NCBI GenBank assembly: GCA_951406725.2
Contig: OX597814.1
Coordinates: forward strand, 147,126,001 to 147,190,000
DNA: 64,000 nucleotides
Source of the DNA: Octopus vulgaris
Taxonomy: Eukaryota
Reading direction: 5' to 3'
The notes beneath the pieces are model-generated. The model searched no databases. It was not told the origin of the DNA and worked only from the letters and a program-made list of their open reading frames with translations. Position numbers and translations under genes: made by a program. This document shows, piece after piece, positions 25,989 through 41,864 of this stretch (position 1 is the first letter of the stretch; each line of letters begins with the position of its first letter).

Positions 25989-28900
25989 GTACACGTAAAA
26001 TCCCCTTAAGTTAGCGGTTCATCAAAACAAACGGACTGAATGAGTGCCAAGTTTCAAAAATAAGGACTGAAAGCGATTATATTCGAATAACTCCTGTAGT
26101 TTGTGCCCTTACATGGTCGGAGGCTAATGACTGAATCAAGGGAATAGAAGAAGATAATAATATATGTGTTTTCATGTGTGTATATGTGCATATGTTTTTG
26201 TCCCTTGACGAGTTTGTATGACTGTCTACTGTTCCGTGTTGGTAAGATGAACAAAAAAATTTCTCCATCTGCTGAGAAATGAAGAATATTCAATAAACAC
26301 AGTAGATATATTTTATGATTCACTATTAGTTTCATGTGAAGAAAACAACTCAGGCACCATTTTATAACACACCTTCACACGATCTTCAAACTCTGCCTAT
26401 ATGACATAACGATTTTGTTATTCTAGGCGGGCAGAACTTGACGATTGTATGAAGGCACCAGACCTGTTATAAAATGTTGTATGAGTTGTTTTCATCGCTT
26501 GAAACTATTAGTAGATCATAAAAACATGCATACTGAGTTTGGGTGCATCATCTAACCCAAAGTTCATATTCTACTGGCTTAATCCTACGACTTCATTTGC
26601 CCTGATGCCTATACTGTCATAACTATGATATTGGAAGGCTGTTCGTGATCTGAAATATTCATAAACTATTTCTCCCATAGGAATTCAAGGAACTGCAGAG
26701 CTAATTCGAGTTTGGATATACTCAGAGCAAAAACTAGACAAATACTCTGCTGCTTATCCTCCTAGCTTGTCACCAGCCGTTCTTGCTAACTAGCGTGTTT
26801 GTTATTCAAGATATTTATTATTCGTGGCCCGTGACGTTATATGTTCGGAAAATTCGTCGTAAACCAATTTGTGCCTCTGTGTATAAACACAACCCGATTT
26901 TAGCTTGCCATTTTGCTGCCTTCATTTTGAAACTTTTTAGATTCCATTTTCTTTGTCGTGGTACGGAACTGTCCGAGGATTTCATTTTCATATAGAAAGC
27001 AACAGAAATATATTGTAAATTCAATTTCTCAAACGAGGCGAGGAATTTGAAACTACTGGCTGGAACGTTTGTTACATTGTGAGATTGTTTCTTTTCTATT
27101 ACGTGTGCTTAGATTGAGTATACATCTGTTTATAAGAATACATGTGCTTGTACATATATATATATATGTATCACGATATTTGTTTAGGTATATTTCTAAA
27201 AATTAACTTCATTTTGTTTTACACCTGAACAGTATTTGTATCGTACGCACAATCATATACAACAATAAACCAAATATATTTTTTTCGACGTTTTCTTTTG
27301 ACTTGCTTAAATCTTGTTATATTTTCTTGTTTGTCCTCCCTTCCTCGCAGGATATTTAGTAATTATTGATCTGTTTTAGCTGTCAATCAATAGATATTTT
27401 AATGCGACAAATGAAATTGTCCTGCCAATCTTGCTATAATAAATCAATTTATATAGCTTTGTTCGTATATAATGTAAAAAGAAAACACGAATACAGGAAT
27501 ATCTAAAGGAGTTACTATTGTATAAAGCATAATGGCAAACGAATGGAGGTAGTGAAATTCAATCCGTTCTAAATATGTCTGTTTTTATATAGTGGCTGTG
27601 AATAATATAAACCAACTCAAGGACTCGAAATAATTAACGCCTTAAGTGATTCGCATTTCTCACTATTACATTTCCGTTCAATTGTGCAAAGACACAAGAG
27701 CGTTGTGCTAGATATATAATCAGTTGAAACGCCAGTTTATATAGCTGTTGCCTATTTACTCCATTATTTCTATCTCTTATCCTAGGACCTTGAAACTATG
27801 TCAAGTCGCTTACATTCAAAATGTTCTCTCACTACGATAACAATAATTAGATGTTTCAAAACAACCTGACTCCCACCACCACAATTTCTCATTTTGTGTT
27901 TCATTTGCTGGGTGTCCGTAATTGTTTTCAAATCAATAAGAAAGCCTATATATTGTTATTGGATTTCCTGAATGAAACAAAACGTTCCCATACAATTCGT
28001 TGTCTTAATATATATAAAAAAATATCAGGTTTGTTAACACGGGTCTGTTTTATCTGGGATGAACTGCATTTATAGAGAAACAACCTTTTCCGATTACAAA
28101 GACGATCATCAATTTTTCGAGTGTCTCCCGTTCCACGTTCGAGATACCAATTATATTTTATATCTAAGGTCGTCATCCTTAGGGACTTCAATGCTTCCCT
28201 TGTGTTAAAAGGCATCTATATATACCATCATAAAATATTGAATTATAAACAATGCGCGCCCATTTGAATATGCAACTACTCTCCTATTTCACATTACGGA
28301 TACGCTCCAAAGATTTTGTTCAATTCTTTACATTCCTTACTAGTTTTATTCTTGTCATCGCTCTCTAAGTTCTAAACAGACCATATCAATCAATCTTTCT
28401 ATCACAAAACCTTCTGCTTCCCTATCTTTTTCGACCAGTCGATTGTCAAACCTGCTTCAATCATAAAGTTTCTAACATAGAATGTGATAATAAAGTAAAT
28501 CTTTCAACTTATGTACTATGATTTTCTCATTCAACCGAAGAATATTAGTCAACTACCCCAAATGTTTATGTCTGGCATCCGATATAATACGAAGCATGAT
28601 TAAATACTCCTCTTATTTCTCTGTGATCAATTTCATGCCGGATATCCAGCAGGAAGGCAAGTTGTGCATAAAAACGTTAATAGAAGCCACACAGAAAGAC
28701 ATGCTGTCAGAGAGTTTTGATAAATTATTATTTAAATCGGCTGAATGATTCCACAATATAATGCAGAGAGGAAATCTGTGAAAATGGGTCAAAGTAGTTT
28801 GCAAATACCCTCTAACTACATATAATTGAATAACAGAAGTTACTTCGAATCATACAAATGTTTTATCAACAAACTATCAACTAAATAATTGCTTGACAAC

Positions 28901-30621
28901 TGTTGAGATCTTGTGCCCTCTCCATAGAATGTACAACGCTACTAAACCACCAGAGTTTTATAAATCTTGACCAAGGAAATGATCGAAAGTCGTCTTTGCT
29001 AACTGTGGCGCAAGATATAAGAAAAGTAACAATACTAAAAGTATGAATTATCACATATGGAAGCACAGTATCAGTTATTTACTCTTATATGGACGATGTC
29101 TTAGTCCACTAGCTCATAAAATAAAGTAATCATTCTTGGTCCAATGCAAACGCTATTTATATTCGAGATTGGATTTTAATTAATGCAATTTTCACCCAAC
29201 ATATACACTATAAAACAGAGCGGGAAAGCACTGTAAAAACCATCTTCTCGGAGACAATAACGTATATTGGTTTTTGTTTCCCCTTATAATTTTACTGAGC
29301 ATACATTCAGTTTTGTGTTCTAACTAGTGAGAACCCCATAAGCAAGTCTGAAGCAGGCTCATTAACAGGCTATCTCACTTTGCTTGACGTTTAATTCACT
29401 AACTTTTGTTTAGATGACGCGACATTTACCCATTAAGGTTAACTGCTGGAAGTTCAATTTTGAAGACGCATTTCGAAGTGAACAAGTTCGAATTTGCATA
29501 TTTAAGATTCTTTTATTATCCACAATAGTAGGCTGACATATATTATGTAGCACCAGATTTATGAGATGTTTACTAATTGTAACACTCTCTGATTTATATC
29601 ATTAGTTTTATTTTTCTCTTTGGTAATTCGGAGTAGTTTACTATAGCCAATAGAATATAGCGTTTGTTCTTGATGTCTTTACTGCCAGTCCATTCCTGTT
29701 TGTATAGATGTTGTATTAGTAGTAGTTACTGTTAACGCCAGTATATCAACTTAAATGCGTTTAACGTAGACATTTGGTGTTGTGTTATTGTACTATAACT
29801 GGCGATTGAAGTGAAGGTATTGCTTGGAATTGAGAGTGCATAAATATATAACAGGGATATATTACAGAATAATATAGCGACAAAAGTATAGCGATATGGT
29901 TCTCAGACATTGTATCTTGTAGAAGGGTGGCTAGATAGTCACAAACTTTTAGAAAATATATACCATGGTTTTAGCAAAATGATCGGATCTCTTCCATCTC
30001 AAACACAGATTTTTAATTGAATTTTTAAACTAAAGTTTCTAACTTCGAATACTAGTAGAATTTCTTACGTAGAACACGGTTTACTTTGAACGTTTTTGAC
30101 AAAATTTCGTATTTTAGAAGTTATTTCGTGTTAAAGTTTTTCCACTTCGATTACTATCGCAAACAGCAGTAGCTGTCTTCAAACGAATACACGTCGTTGA
30201 TTGGTTGAAATTACTCAAATACGACAGCTTTAACGCGAAATAAATTCTAAAATACGAAATTTTACCAGTATTAGAAGATTCAAACAGTTTAGTTAAAAAA
30301 ATTAATTTAAAAATCTGATTGTAATGGAATAGATTCAAATTCTCTCATGTTTTCGCCTCATGAGAAATGGTTATCCGTAATCTCGTTATAGACAAATAAT
30401 AAAATATCATAAATATTGTTTTCTAAAATTTTAATGTTAAATAATTTTTTTAATTTCCTGATACAGTCGGGCAACAAATTTTGTTTCATGGCGTAAACCA
30501 GCAATTAATTTGTTTTCTTCAACGTGCAGTGGAAGACAAATCGAAAACAAAAATAACATCGAAACTCACTGTTCTCAGTATATATGTATGTATGTATGTA
30601 TGTGTGTATATATGTATGCAA

Positions 30622-30678
<57 letters not shown>

Positions 30679-30680
30679 CA

Positions 30681-30746
<66 letters not shown>

Positions 30747-33394
30747 TACAGTTAATGACATTATGAAAGACTGCAAGATGAAGGTATAATACCGATACCT
30801 CATCTACTTATTATATTTAGCTGATGGCATTGCTTAAAGAATCCTGCAAATATAGATATGCGCAAATTCTGTGAATCAATAAATTCAAAATAAGAGTGAG
30901 TCCTTCAGATGAATAGAAAAATGGTGGATAGAAACCCATTTCAAAATTTCAGAATAGACGTTTACAACTGGTTCAGACGTCGACCTGCTAGGCATTAAGC
31001 ACTTATTGGGTAGAATATTTTCGGAAGAATTAAGAATTAAGAATGGAAAGAACATAATGCGTAGAAGCGTACTCGGTTTGGCAGTGAGAGACCTCAGTAG
31101 TTTACAGTATGGAAACTCTGGAGTTATCGCTTTGTCACCGTTTGTACAATTTATTATCCGATACTACATAACCACTGCTTCAATTACAGGGTCACAAGAT
31201 AAAACATGAGTCAGAGTTTGAAGCATACAGAACTCAGAGAAAAAGGTCGTTTGTAACCGTGACGCGTTACGTAACTGCTCCCCTGCTTAAGAGGTAATTA
31301 GGTCCTGTGTTTCGTGTGTAAGCTAAGGAGAGAAGGCGACTGGCAGAGTATTGTGTGTATACGCAGGTAAAAGAGAAGAGGGAAACACCGCTGTATTTGC
31401 TTTTACGGAAAATGATTAATGTCCTGAATATAACGTGCAGCCCTATGATCACTGACATCTATAGACAAGGCATATGAATGGACATACATTGCGAAGCCGA
31501 CACATATACACACAATCAGGCACACAGACCTACTCAAATGTGTTCACACGCATACATACGTGAATACATATGTAGCTCTAACTGTGTGTAGGTGTTTTTC
31601 ATTCAATAACCTTCCACCTGTAAAGTCTGAGCATATGTATGCATATAGTGGATCTGTGAGTAAATCTATTATTTTCTAAGAATGTTCTATTACGAGTATA
31701 TTCTTATCACTGAATTGAAGTGCACATTTATAACTGCATGTGTCCAACTTCAGCAATATCCATTTGTATATTCAGCTGCGTTTGTGTACGTTGAAGTATC
31801 AACGTAATAGTTTGTATAGGTATTTCATAGCGTAAGCGAGCGCACACACGGACACACAAATACACCTACGGATACATGTGTGTATGCATGTATGCATGTA
31901 TGTACGAATATATACATATATACATATATCGGTTTTAGAATGTATATGCGTAGGTTTGTGAATATATTTCATACATTCCCCTAGGAGTGATGTTGTATTG
32001 TCTGCATGAAAGTGGTCTCTTTTAATAAACAAGAAACAAATGATATTCAAAATCAATTTTTAAAACAACAGGATATATGAGGAAATAGAAAACAGACTTA
32101 ACATCATCTAAAATGGCAGATTGAAATTTTTTGTTTATGTATTTGCTTGTCTGTGAATATATACATATATATATACTTTATATACATAAGTATACGTATG
32201 TATATACATATTGTGTTCGTCTGTTGCAGTCTGACCACCTCTTGTTTCTACACATTAGATCCATCATGGATGTATATATATATATATATAGTCACATACA
32301 CACATATATATATATATATACACATATATATAGGTACTTAGTCTCTCCTCTCGTTCCCCTCCCTTTCTCCCTCTCACCCCCTCCCTTTACCTTTCTCTCT
32401 ATCTCTCTCTAAGTATACATATGTATGTATGTATGTTCGTATGTATGTATGTATGAATGTGTGTATGTATGTATGTATGTATGTATGTACGTATGTATGT
32501 ATGTATGTATGTATGTATGTATGTATGTATGTATGTATGTATGTATGTATGTATGTATGTATGCAAATATCTATGCATCATCTATTTACTGTCATACTCA
32601 ATAAAGTTTAGTCGAAACTTTCTTTTTTGTAAATACACTTTCAATTGCATATTTATGATCATTTTACTTCTTTATCATTTTATTTGTTATATTCTTTTTA
32701 TTTATCATTAATTTTTTTTTTTGGAAATATCCGTCTACGTAGAAAACTCATTAACATATACGCGTTATTGTTTATTTTTCTGGTATAAACCTTTTTCACT
32801 ATCAGTTGCCTCTCTTGTTGCATGGTTCTGCTAGAAATTCTCGATTTTCCCTATCAGCATAGCGTCTATATTTCACACTGACACAATAAATTATATAATA
32901 TCAGATATTCATATATGTATGTATGTTGTGTGTATGTATGCCATTGGTCAGTTTTCTTTCAAGATTTCTTGGCAAGAGAGAAAGGGCCGGTTCTAACCTA
33001 GATCCAATGCTCCTTCATTGGAATTTCAACATCAACAGGATATTTTGTTTATACGTATGTATGTATATAGACAGATTTGTATGTTTCGTATTATGTATGT
33101 ATTCTTACGCATGTAGTTGCATATCTAGACATGCTCATATATGTATATAATATGTATGTACGTATGTTTGTATGTATGTGTGTAGTTATGCACGCATGCA
33201 TGTATGTATGCATTATATATTTAAATATATATATATGTATGTATAGAGTAGATTATTTTTGCAATCAATAGAATATAGTCCTTAGTATAAATACAAGCTT
33301 GCAACCATTTCGAATTTACTTCAAGCATATTCGAACATGTAAGGAAGACGTTGATTGTATTTTGTCACATAATCTTTATTTTTGTCATGTTTAT

Positions 33395-33441
<47 letters not shown>

Positions 33442-33462
33442 TACATATATATATATATCTAT

Positions 33463-33563
<101 letters not shown>

Positions 33564-35332
33564 TTTCTTTTTGTTATTGTTTATCGAAAGTCAAAATTAC
33601 TGTCGATTATACTAGCTAGAAAACTCTTCTATCAAAACGATGAAGGCTGTCTATGTGACTCGAACCCACATCTTCTGAAGATAGACATGACAAGTTTTCT
33701 AAAAATTGGAGAAAAGTGTTCCTTTGATTGACGATATTCATTTTAGTAATTTGTTTTGTGCATGAATGTCTTCCGAAGTAGCACAAATCTGTAAAGAAAT
33801 AACTCCATTGTGGAAGATCAACTTAGAAAGAAGATTGTACTGGTTGAAAAGTGTGGAGCATGCGAACCTCGAATCATGGAGATGTTGCATTCGGTGAGAC
33901 ACACAGCAACTCTTTCTATAAATCCTAGATGTGTATAAAATGTTATTCATACATCTGTTACCAGCGATGTTGTTCTTTATCCACGGATTGCTCTACTGAC
34001 GAAGATGTACCGACTACCATGTTTATGAAAGCGAACATTCCTTTGGAAATGATACCAATCTTAAGTTTTGAAATACCATGAGCAATCTAACAGAAATACC
34101 TTTCTAGTGGATCTGAAACTTAATGTTCAACTTGGTTTCTACTGGTTTTTTGTAGCTGCACTTGCATTTGATGATACCCGTTCGCCCATTAGCTATTCGA
34201 GTGAAGCAGGCAGGATTTTTCGACAAGCCATATTTCTTAGCTGTGTGTTCTGTTTTATTGGTTGATAATCTTTAATCGTTCGTTAGGTTGTATACCTTCG
34301 GTGTGTTATGTAGACTGTTCTGGTGTTGTTAGTTTCATTGATTTGAAAGTGATTTACGGAGAATGTGTGCAATACCTTGCTGTATTATATTGCGTATGTT
34401 ATATATATTCGTAAGTTCTAGTATTTTGGTTACTTATTTGTAGCTACATTTTTTAGCATACCTAATACACATAGTAAAGAAATGATTTTTTGCCGTTAGG
34501 CTATTTTTACATTTGTACCAATTTTTTTATCCTTGTTTGTAGTTGAGCATTGATGCATCCAAGCGCGCCATTTACAATTGGTATCACGTCCACTCTCTTT
34601 AATATCCAAAACCTGAATATTATCTACAACAAATCATCATAGTTGTTTAGTTTTTCTTTTTTATTCTCTTTGACCCTCTTGTCACTGGGAAAAGTTACAT
34701 CGATTACCGTGCAAGTTTTTTCTACTTTGTTCACTATAACAATGTAAGGAGTCTGATCTGATGGTAAAACTGAATCATTACACGCCATAGACTTTTTTCT
34801 ATCTCAATTTTGCAGTTATAATAATAAAAATTGTTATTATTTGTTTTGACTCAGTATCTGTCTAATTCATGGTAGGATTTATGTAGGTCTCCACAAGTTT
34901 TCAGCAGTCTTTCAAGTGCTTTCAATCTTCCTGAGAATCCTTGTAGGAGCTCTAGAGAGCATTCTCTTCCAGTTTCCTCAGCCATTTGTCTATATCTTGG
35001 TTTACTGTTCCCAACGCACCAGTTATTATAGGCACGACCTTTAATGTTTTCATATTCCAAATTCTTCCTATTTCAAATTTAAGCGATTGCATTTTAAAAA
35101 GATTTTTGTCCTCTTTCCTTACGATCCTGGAATCAACAAGAATGATGGTTTAATTAGCAAGCAACTTCGCTTTTCTATATCTATAATTGTTATGTCCGAT
35201 CTATTATTTTCTAACTTCTCCGTTTGAAGAGGGAAGTCCCACAAAATCTTATATTTCTCCGATTCCAGTTCTTTTTCGGCTGGATGATTGCACCATGTGT
35301 TTCAAGCTTCAAAAATGATGATGATGATGATG

Positions 35333-35365
<33 letters not shown>

Positions 35366-35399
35366 TTTATTTTCTCTTTATCACGGGTTTTGTTGGAGC

Positions 35400-35690
35400 T
35401 CCTGAAGTCTTATATGCGTAGCGTGCTTATTCCCTGCAGTCTACAGTACCATGCTATTCGTTGTTTTTAGCTAATACTGTCCTCATTATTCTGGCCGTGC
35501 CAAGGAGGCAAAACTTTTTAACTGTTCTACCGGGAACCCTATTCTAATTTCCTTTATATTCATCTTCATGCCTTCTGATACTGTTCCCAAGGACCCAACA
35601 ATAATTGGCACTATCTCCACTTTTCTCATTTTCCATAGCCGCGCTATTTCGTACTTAAGAGGATTGTATCTATCTTTTCGCCTTCCTTCT
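35400..35690 (-). mobile_element. Degraded RLE-type LINE 3' fragment
   Basis: The minus strand reads WKMRKVEIVPIIVGSLG, matching the C-terminus of the neighbouring element. Confidence 0.6.
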
Positions 35691-35723
35691 TAACTATTCG
35701 TGAGAAAAAGGAGCTATTATTAA

Positions 35724-35781
<58 letters not shown>

Positions 35782-35789
35782 TTTATTAT

Positions 35790-36780
35790 AGACAACGCAC
35801 AGTATACAATATCGTGAGGTTGTTGATTGGAGTTATTGTGTCTACCGGGACACACAATATCAAGACACAGCAAAGACCTCAGACAGACAATACTTTACGC
35901 AATATGCTTGCAGTTCCAAATAATGCCAACGTGTGCAATTCACCTAAATTGGATAGTTCTACAGTTTTATTTCTAAAGTTTTCAGATGTTTTTTTTTCAG
36001 ATTAGGCAGTATTGAACCCAGTGCTCCAATGACAATAGGAATAATCTTTGTTTGACTCTCGTAGCTGCCACATCTTAGCAATCTCAATTCTCAGGTCCCC
36101 ATATTTATTATCCTTTTCTATTTTTTTCATGATGATATATTGAACGTCAGGCACTACCACGACAATTATTAGGCACACTTGTTTGTTCCTCCTAAAGGTT
36201 ACTATATCTGGCCTTCGATTCTCTAACACTTCGTCTGGAACTCAAGGTCCCAGAAGATATTTGCCTTTCCCTTTATGTGCATTACCATTTACGCTTTTTG
36301 TTGGTACCAAGCACCCTTAACCTTATATCCATACCTACGGCATAGTAACCAGTGACGGCTTTCGTCTACCTTGTCGTGTCTGCGTTTGTACTCTTTTACA
36401 AGCACTAACAATTTGAGTAACACTTTTGACCCTCTTCCCACACATTCTGCAGAGGTCCGTTGCACTTGTGTGGTATATATACTTTTCCACTGAGTTGGTA
36501 TCCAATGCCTGGTCTTGGGAAGTGACGATGAAGCTTTTAGTATTTTTGTTGAACCACCTCCATGATGCCACCTCGTGTTTTAATTCATTGGTTTCGCAGT
36601 GGAATTCACCATGTAATTCCATTCACAGTAGGGTTTCTTCTCTCACATTAGCTTGTCTTAAGCGGAATTCATGAGCAGTCTCAAGTGCATTTTTAGTAAA
36701 TCCTTCTGCATCAGGAATATACTGTAGCTACTCTTGATTGCTGCTAACAAATATTCTACCATGCTTTTTCTTTCACTGTA
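35790..36780 (-). mobile_element. R4/Dong-like non-LTR retrotransposon 3' part (CCHC + restriction-like endonuclease)
   Basis: QDQALDT, CRMCGKRVKSVTQIVSAC (decayed CCHC) and RRPDIV...KYGDL..EIAKMW. Flanked on both sides by (TTA)n. Confidence 0.82.
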
Positions 36781-36802
36781 TTATTATTATTTTTGTTGTT
36801 AA

Positions 36803-36851
<49 letters not shown>

Positions 36852-37374
36852 TTTATATAGTCTTGTTCTTGTTGCTCTCATTTTTATCATAATTATTTTT
36901 TTTTATTGCTATAATGTAGACGTCTCTTTATTGCCTGTACTTTCTACAATACAAAGCGTAACGCTATGGTATTTAGGTTTATACCTATTGTTTTGTTTTG
37001 CATTTTGTATTATATGGATTGTACGTGATTATTGCACACACAATGCTAACGAGTGCTACATTTTCTATATATTTTTATACATATATGTATGACCTGTATG
37101 AATTTTGTATTTTTCGGTAGGTTTTATAATCATTCTCATGGCAACGTTTATTTATAAGGATTGTATTTGCTTATAGCCCCACTATACTGATTATCTTCAT
37201 TTTCGATCTACATATTTCGACAAATTCTGGATTGTATACAGAGATCTATTATCATCTGTTGTCATCGATACTTTGAATTAGAGTTATTTCTCATCCTACT
37301 GGTGTAAGGTCTTGCTATTATTGTTGCTGTTGTTCTTGTCGCTGTTGTAGTTGTAGTAGTAGCAGTTGTTGTTG

Positions 37375-37467
<93 letters not shown>

Positions 37468-37887
37468 CTAAGACATATATAAATGTGAGTCTGTATGTTA
37501 TTATTCATTAAATATGTATGAAACTCACGTCTATATGCTTAATTGCGTCCTCTCGAAGCGGGGTTTTGTTTTAGGAAATATCTTTGCCATTAATAGCCGG
37601 CAAAATAGTGGACACTATATATAAAAATAGATATATAAATATAAGATGAGTCACTAAGTATATTTCATACATGTGCGTGCAGATGTTTAAGAGTACCTAT
37701 GTATGTATGTATGTATGTATGTATGTATGTATGTATGTATGTATGTATGTATGTATGTATGTATGCATGTATGTACGTATGCATGTATGTATGCATGTAT
37801 GTATATATATATGGGTGTGTGTATACACATATATTTATGCATACATATACATATATACACAAACACACATATACATACACACACACA

Positions 37888-37935
<48 letters not shown>

Positions 37936-38011
37936 TAATTTATATATTCTTTATATTCAGTAATTCAGTAACAAGAATAAAAAAGAATAAATATGCGTGT
38001 GTGTATATGTA

Positions 38012-38062
<51 letters not shown>

Positions 38063-38419
38063 ACATATATATATATATATACACATACATACATACATAT
38101 ATATATACACGCATACATATCTACAGATACATGCATTTATACATGACATATATCCAAGTGCATAATGCTTATAAGTATAAATATTCATGTACTTATATAT
38201 GTCTAAATATTTGCGTGGGTGTTATCATTTATGAGTGTGGTTGTATTGATAAATATTTGTATATATTTGTGTGCGTTTCAGTGTGTTTGTATGTGTGTGT
38301 GTGTGTGCGTATGTGATCATTTGAGTATATCTACATATGGTTACAATCACATTTCTGCATACACACATATATAAATACATACATGTACCATGTACATTTC
38401 TATCTATTTATCAATATAT

Positions 38420-38518
<99 letters not shown>

Positions 38519-39254
38519 TATATAGATATATACACATACACATATATAATTGAGTGTTTAACATGTTGTTGCCGTTTCCTTTTATATTTCTTCTGTTTGT
38601 AGATTCTAAATCATACAAAGAAAACAAACAGGAAAAAAAAAAGAAAAGAAATAACAGAAAATAAATCAAATAAAAGCCACACTGCACCGAATTCTGAGAC
38701 AAGTTGTCAAAACATTCAAAATAACATCGACATACAGAAAAATGATTACATTTGCACCGAGCAGAAAATTACGACAGATTGGGAAATTTATGTAAATTGG
38801 ATTACTGTTCCACTTCCAACAGACGCTGCATTTACATTCCATTGTATTGTAATTTCGCTTTGCCTTATTCCTGCGTACTTTTGTTAATGTCCTACTGTAT
38901 GCCTTTGTAACTATCGATGGTTGTTATTGCTTCATATCTGCTGTCTTTGTTGCTGTTGAGTGTTTATTTTATTATTATTTTTGTTTTTGGTCTTGTTTTC
39001 GTTGTTGCTCGTTGTTAGTGTTCTTCGTCATGTGGCAATGTTTCCTTTGTCCATTCAATCTGTTTTTATTGTTGTTTTTTTTTATTTTATTTTATTTCCT
39101 AAGTTATAACCATCGCAAAAATAAGCAGAAGCAACACCACCATCACCTCTGTCAGTGTCGCTTTCGCCGTCACTGTTGCCGTAGCTGTTGCCATCATCGT
39201 CAAGCCAAGCCAAGATCACGACGGCATCCACCGCAATCAACTTCGTTACCATCG

Positions 39255-39294
<40 letters not shown>

Positions 39295-39854
39295 TATCAT
39301 CATCATCGTTAAAAATTTCCTCATTCTCATCCATACCATCATCTCCACCACTACACTCGTTGTTGCTGACTATGTCCTTCCATCCATCATAGTCACCAAC
39401 ATTCATCATAGTCATTAGCAGTACACTCACCACCATCTTCATAGTCATCGTCTTTTGTTTTATATTTTACAGTCCTGCTATTGTTTCACTTTTCTTATGA
39501 ATGTTATATGGAACATACGTGTTCTCTGTTTTCACTGCTGAATAAGCTTTGTACCTGCAGATAATCTCAAAATATTTCGCTAAGGTTTTGTAATTATGAA
39601 ATGTTCTTCCTGCACAGAACCTCATATAAATACATTTAGATATGATCTGTATTTTCGTGTGAGACTTTGTTTTTCTGTTTTACATCATATTCTATTTTCA
39701 TTAACGACGCGATTTTAATGGTAATTGTTTATTATATCTCATTACTACTTCCTGGTAATCATTATTTTCTGATTTTCACTTAATTTTCCATAAAGTGGAG
39801 TATTGATATTAGCTGCAAAGTTTAGTGCAAGGTCAGCAATTTAGAGCGTGGAAG

Positions 39855-40005
39855 TAAGTCGAATATATCGACCCAACTACTCATCTGGTATTTATTTTAT
39901 CGACCTCGCAAAGATAAAATGCAAAATCAGCCTCAGAATGTAAAGACGGATAAAATGCCATAAAGCATTTTGTTCGGTGTGCTAACGATTCTGCCAGCTC
40001 ACCGC
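39855..40005 (-). mobile_element. Degraded tRNA-derived SINE (family B)
   Basis: Homology to 40291-40521. Confidence 0.65.
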
Positions 40006-40184
40006 TTTCTAAAATTTTACAGCAAGCAGCTACAGAGATTCGAACATTATACTTCTCAGACACTGGCTGGGCGCTCTGTACCATTAAGCTAAACAACTCC
40101 ACTGGAAACTGTAATTTTAATATTCTCTTCTAATCTAGGCATAAGGCCCAAAAACTTTGGGGCGTGGACCAATCAGTCAGACTG

Positions 40185-40591
40185 ACTCCAGTACGCAACT
40201 GGTACTTAATTTATCGACCCCGAAAGGCTGAAATGCAAAGTCGACCTCGGCGGAATTTGAACTCAGAAACGTAAAGGCAGACGAAATACCTATTTCTTTA
40301 TTACCCACAAGGGGCTAAACACAGAGGGGACAAAAAAGGACAGACATAGGTATTAAGTCGACTACATCGACCCCAGTGCGTAACTGGTACTTAATTTATC
40401 GACCCCGAAAGGATGAAAGGCAAAGTCGACCTCAGCGGAATTTGAACTCACAACGTAACGCAGACGAACTACCGCTAAGCATTTCGCCCGGCGTGCTAAC
40501 GTTTCTGCCAGCTCGCCGCCTTAAAGACAGACGAAATACCGCTATGCATTTTTCGCTTTTCGCTCGACGTGCTAAAGTTTCTGCCAGCTCG
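40185..40591 (-). mobile_element. Nested tRNA-derived SINEs (family B): full copy 40291-40521 inside another copy
   Basis: Head GGCGGCGAGCTGGCAGAAAC, B-box-like GAGTTCAAATTCC and core GCCTTTCATCCTTTCGGGGTCGATAAA. A 19-bp near-identical duplication lies at 40272-40290 and 40522-40540. Confidence 0.85.
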
Positions 40592-41229
40592 ATTTCTTTC
40601 ATTTAGGCACATAGCCTTTATAAAGAGGGGACACCACAAGGAAAGACAAAACAAAACATTGGGTACATATAAAACACATATCGAATGGATTCTGACTATG
40701 ATAAAAAATAAGGATGAAATAGCTTACTCGCCACCCACTCAGCCAGAAGTTTCATTTTACTGTTCTTTTAAATTACAGTTCACTTTACAGTGATGCATCT
40801 TTTTTTAAAAAATCACAATTACAACAAATATTGCATAAAATCGTGGAAAATTACAACAGGCGGCGACTCATCGTATCTAAACTAAAGTGGTGATACTACA
40901 ACCGTTTTATTCCCAAATAGTTCAACTAATCTCTCCCCTCTTCCTCTCTCCAATAGCACGCCCTTCTTGCCTTCTGAGTTTGCCAATTTCACTCTGATAA
41001 TATTTTTCATCTATGTTACCCTCTTTTCGATTTCAACACTTATCTCTTATTCTACGAGTTTCGTAAATTTCTGTCTGTAGGTATCTTTCTCTGATATCTT
41101 TCACCACTCTCTTCGTCCGACACAATTTCCTCTGTCTCAACTTCGCTGTCTCTTTCGTTGTCATTTTTCTGTCCTGCTCCTTCTTCCTTACTGGCTCAAG
41201 GCAACTGTTCCTGAGTTCGCATTTCACTT

Positions 41230-41860
41230 GATTCTTTTCATTTGATTTTCCATTTTTTTCTTTTCTTTCTTGTTCTCTTCCTCATTTGTTTTTTTTTTTT
41301 TCTCCTTGGGATTTTAGGTGGTGATTCTTTTTACCACCGTAAATTGCTCTTCCATTTTCTCCTCTGCTACAGCTGTACTCTCTTCTTGAATTTCTGTTTC
41401 TATTATTTCCTCCTCGTGTTTCTGGGGACACTTGGCCTTCATGTGTCCCCTTACTCCACACGCAAAATATATTGGAGTTCTACCCTCCACAACAATCCTT
41501 AATCTGGTCTCGTCTGGCAACACCGGCTCTTTCACAATCTTACGGAGGTCTGGTAGGCTTACATGGACTATTACTTCTATCTCATACCCCCATCAGTCCA
41601 CATCCGTAGTCTTCGACATTTTAAAAACTTCTACATCTTCCTCTGTATGACAGAGGATGGCTGCCACCAGACATGCCTCGTCAGTTTCAGGGGGCACTCT
41701 ATCTATCCTTACTTTGGCCGCACGTTTGCGACAGTAAGTAGATAGTAGTGCCCACTTCACTGATTTCAAGGCTACAGTGGAATACTTCTTTGCTTACTTT
41801 TCGTTTACTAAGCGCACCTCCACCGTGCCGAACTTCCGTCCTCTGGTATCCTTCCGGTCA
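41230..41860 (-). pseudogene. L1/Tx1-like LINE ORF1 remnant with zinc knuckle
   Basis: RGRKFGTVEVRL, KVRIDRVPPE and VVEGRTPIYFACGVRGHMKAKCP (decayed CX2CX4HX4C), with stops and frameshifts. Confidence 0.7.
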
Positions 41861-41864
41861 TTCA

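Noticed and set aside
28400-29110. Possible ancient LINE RT remnant (YMDDV-like near 29087)
   Set aside because: Too degraded to support without a profile search.
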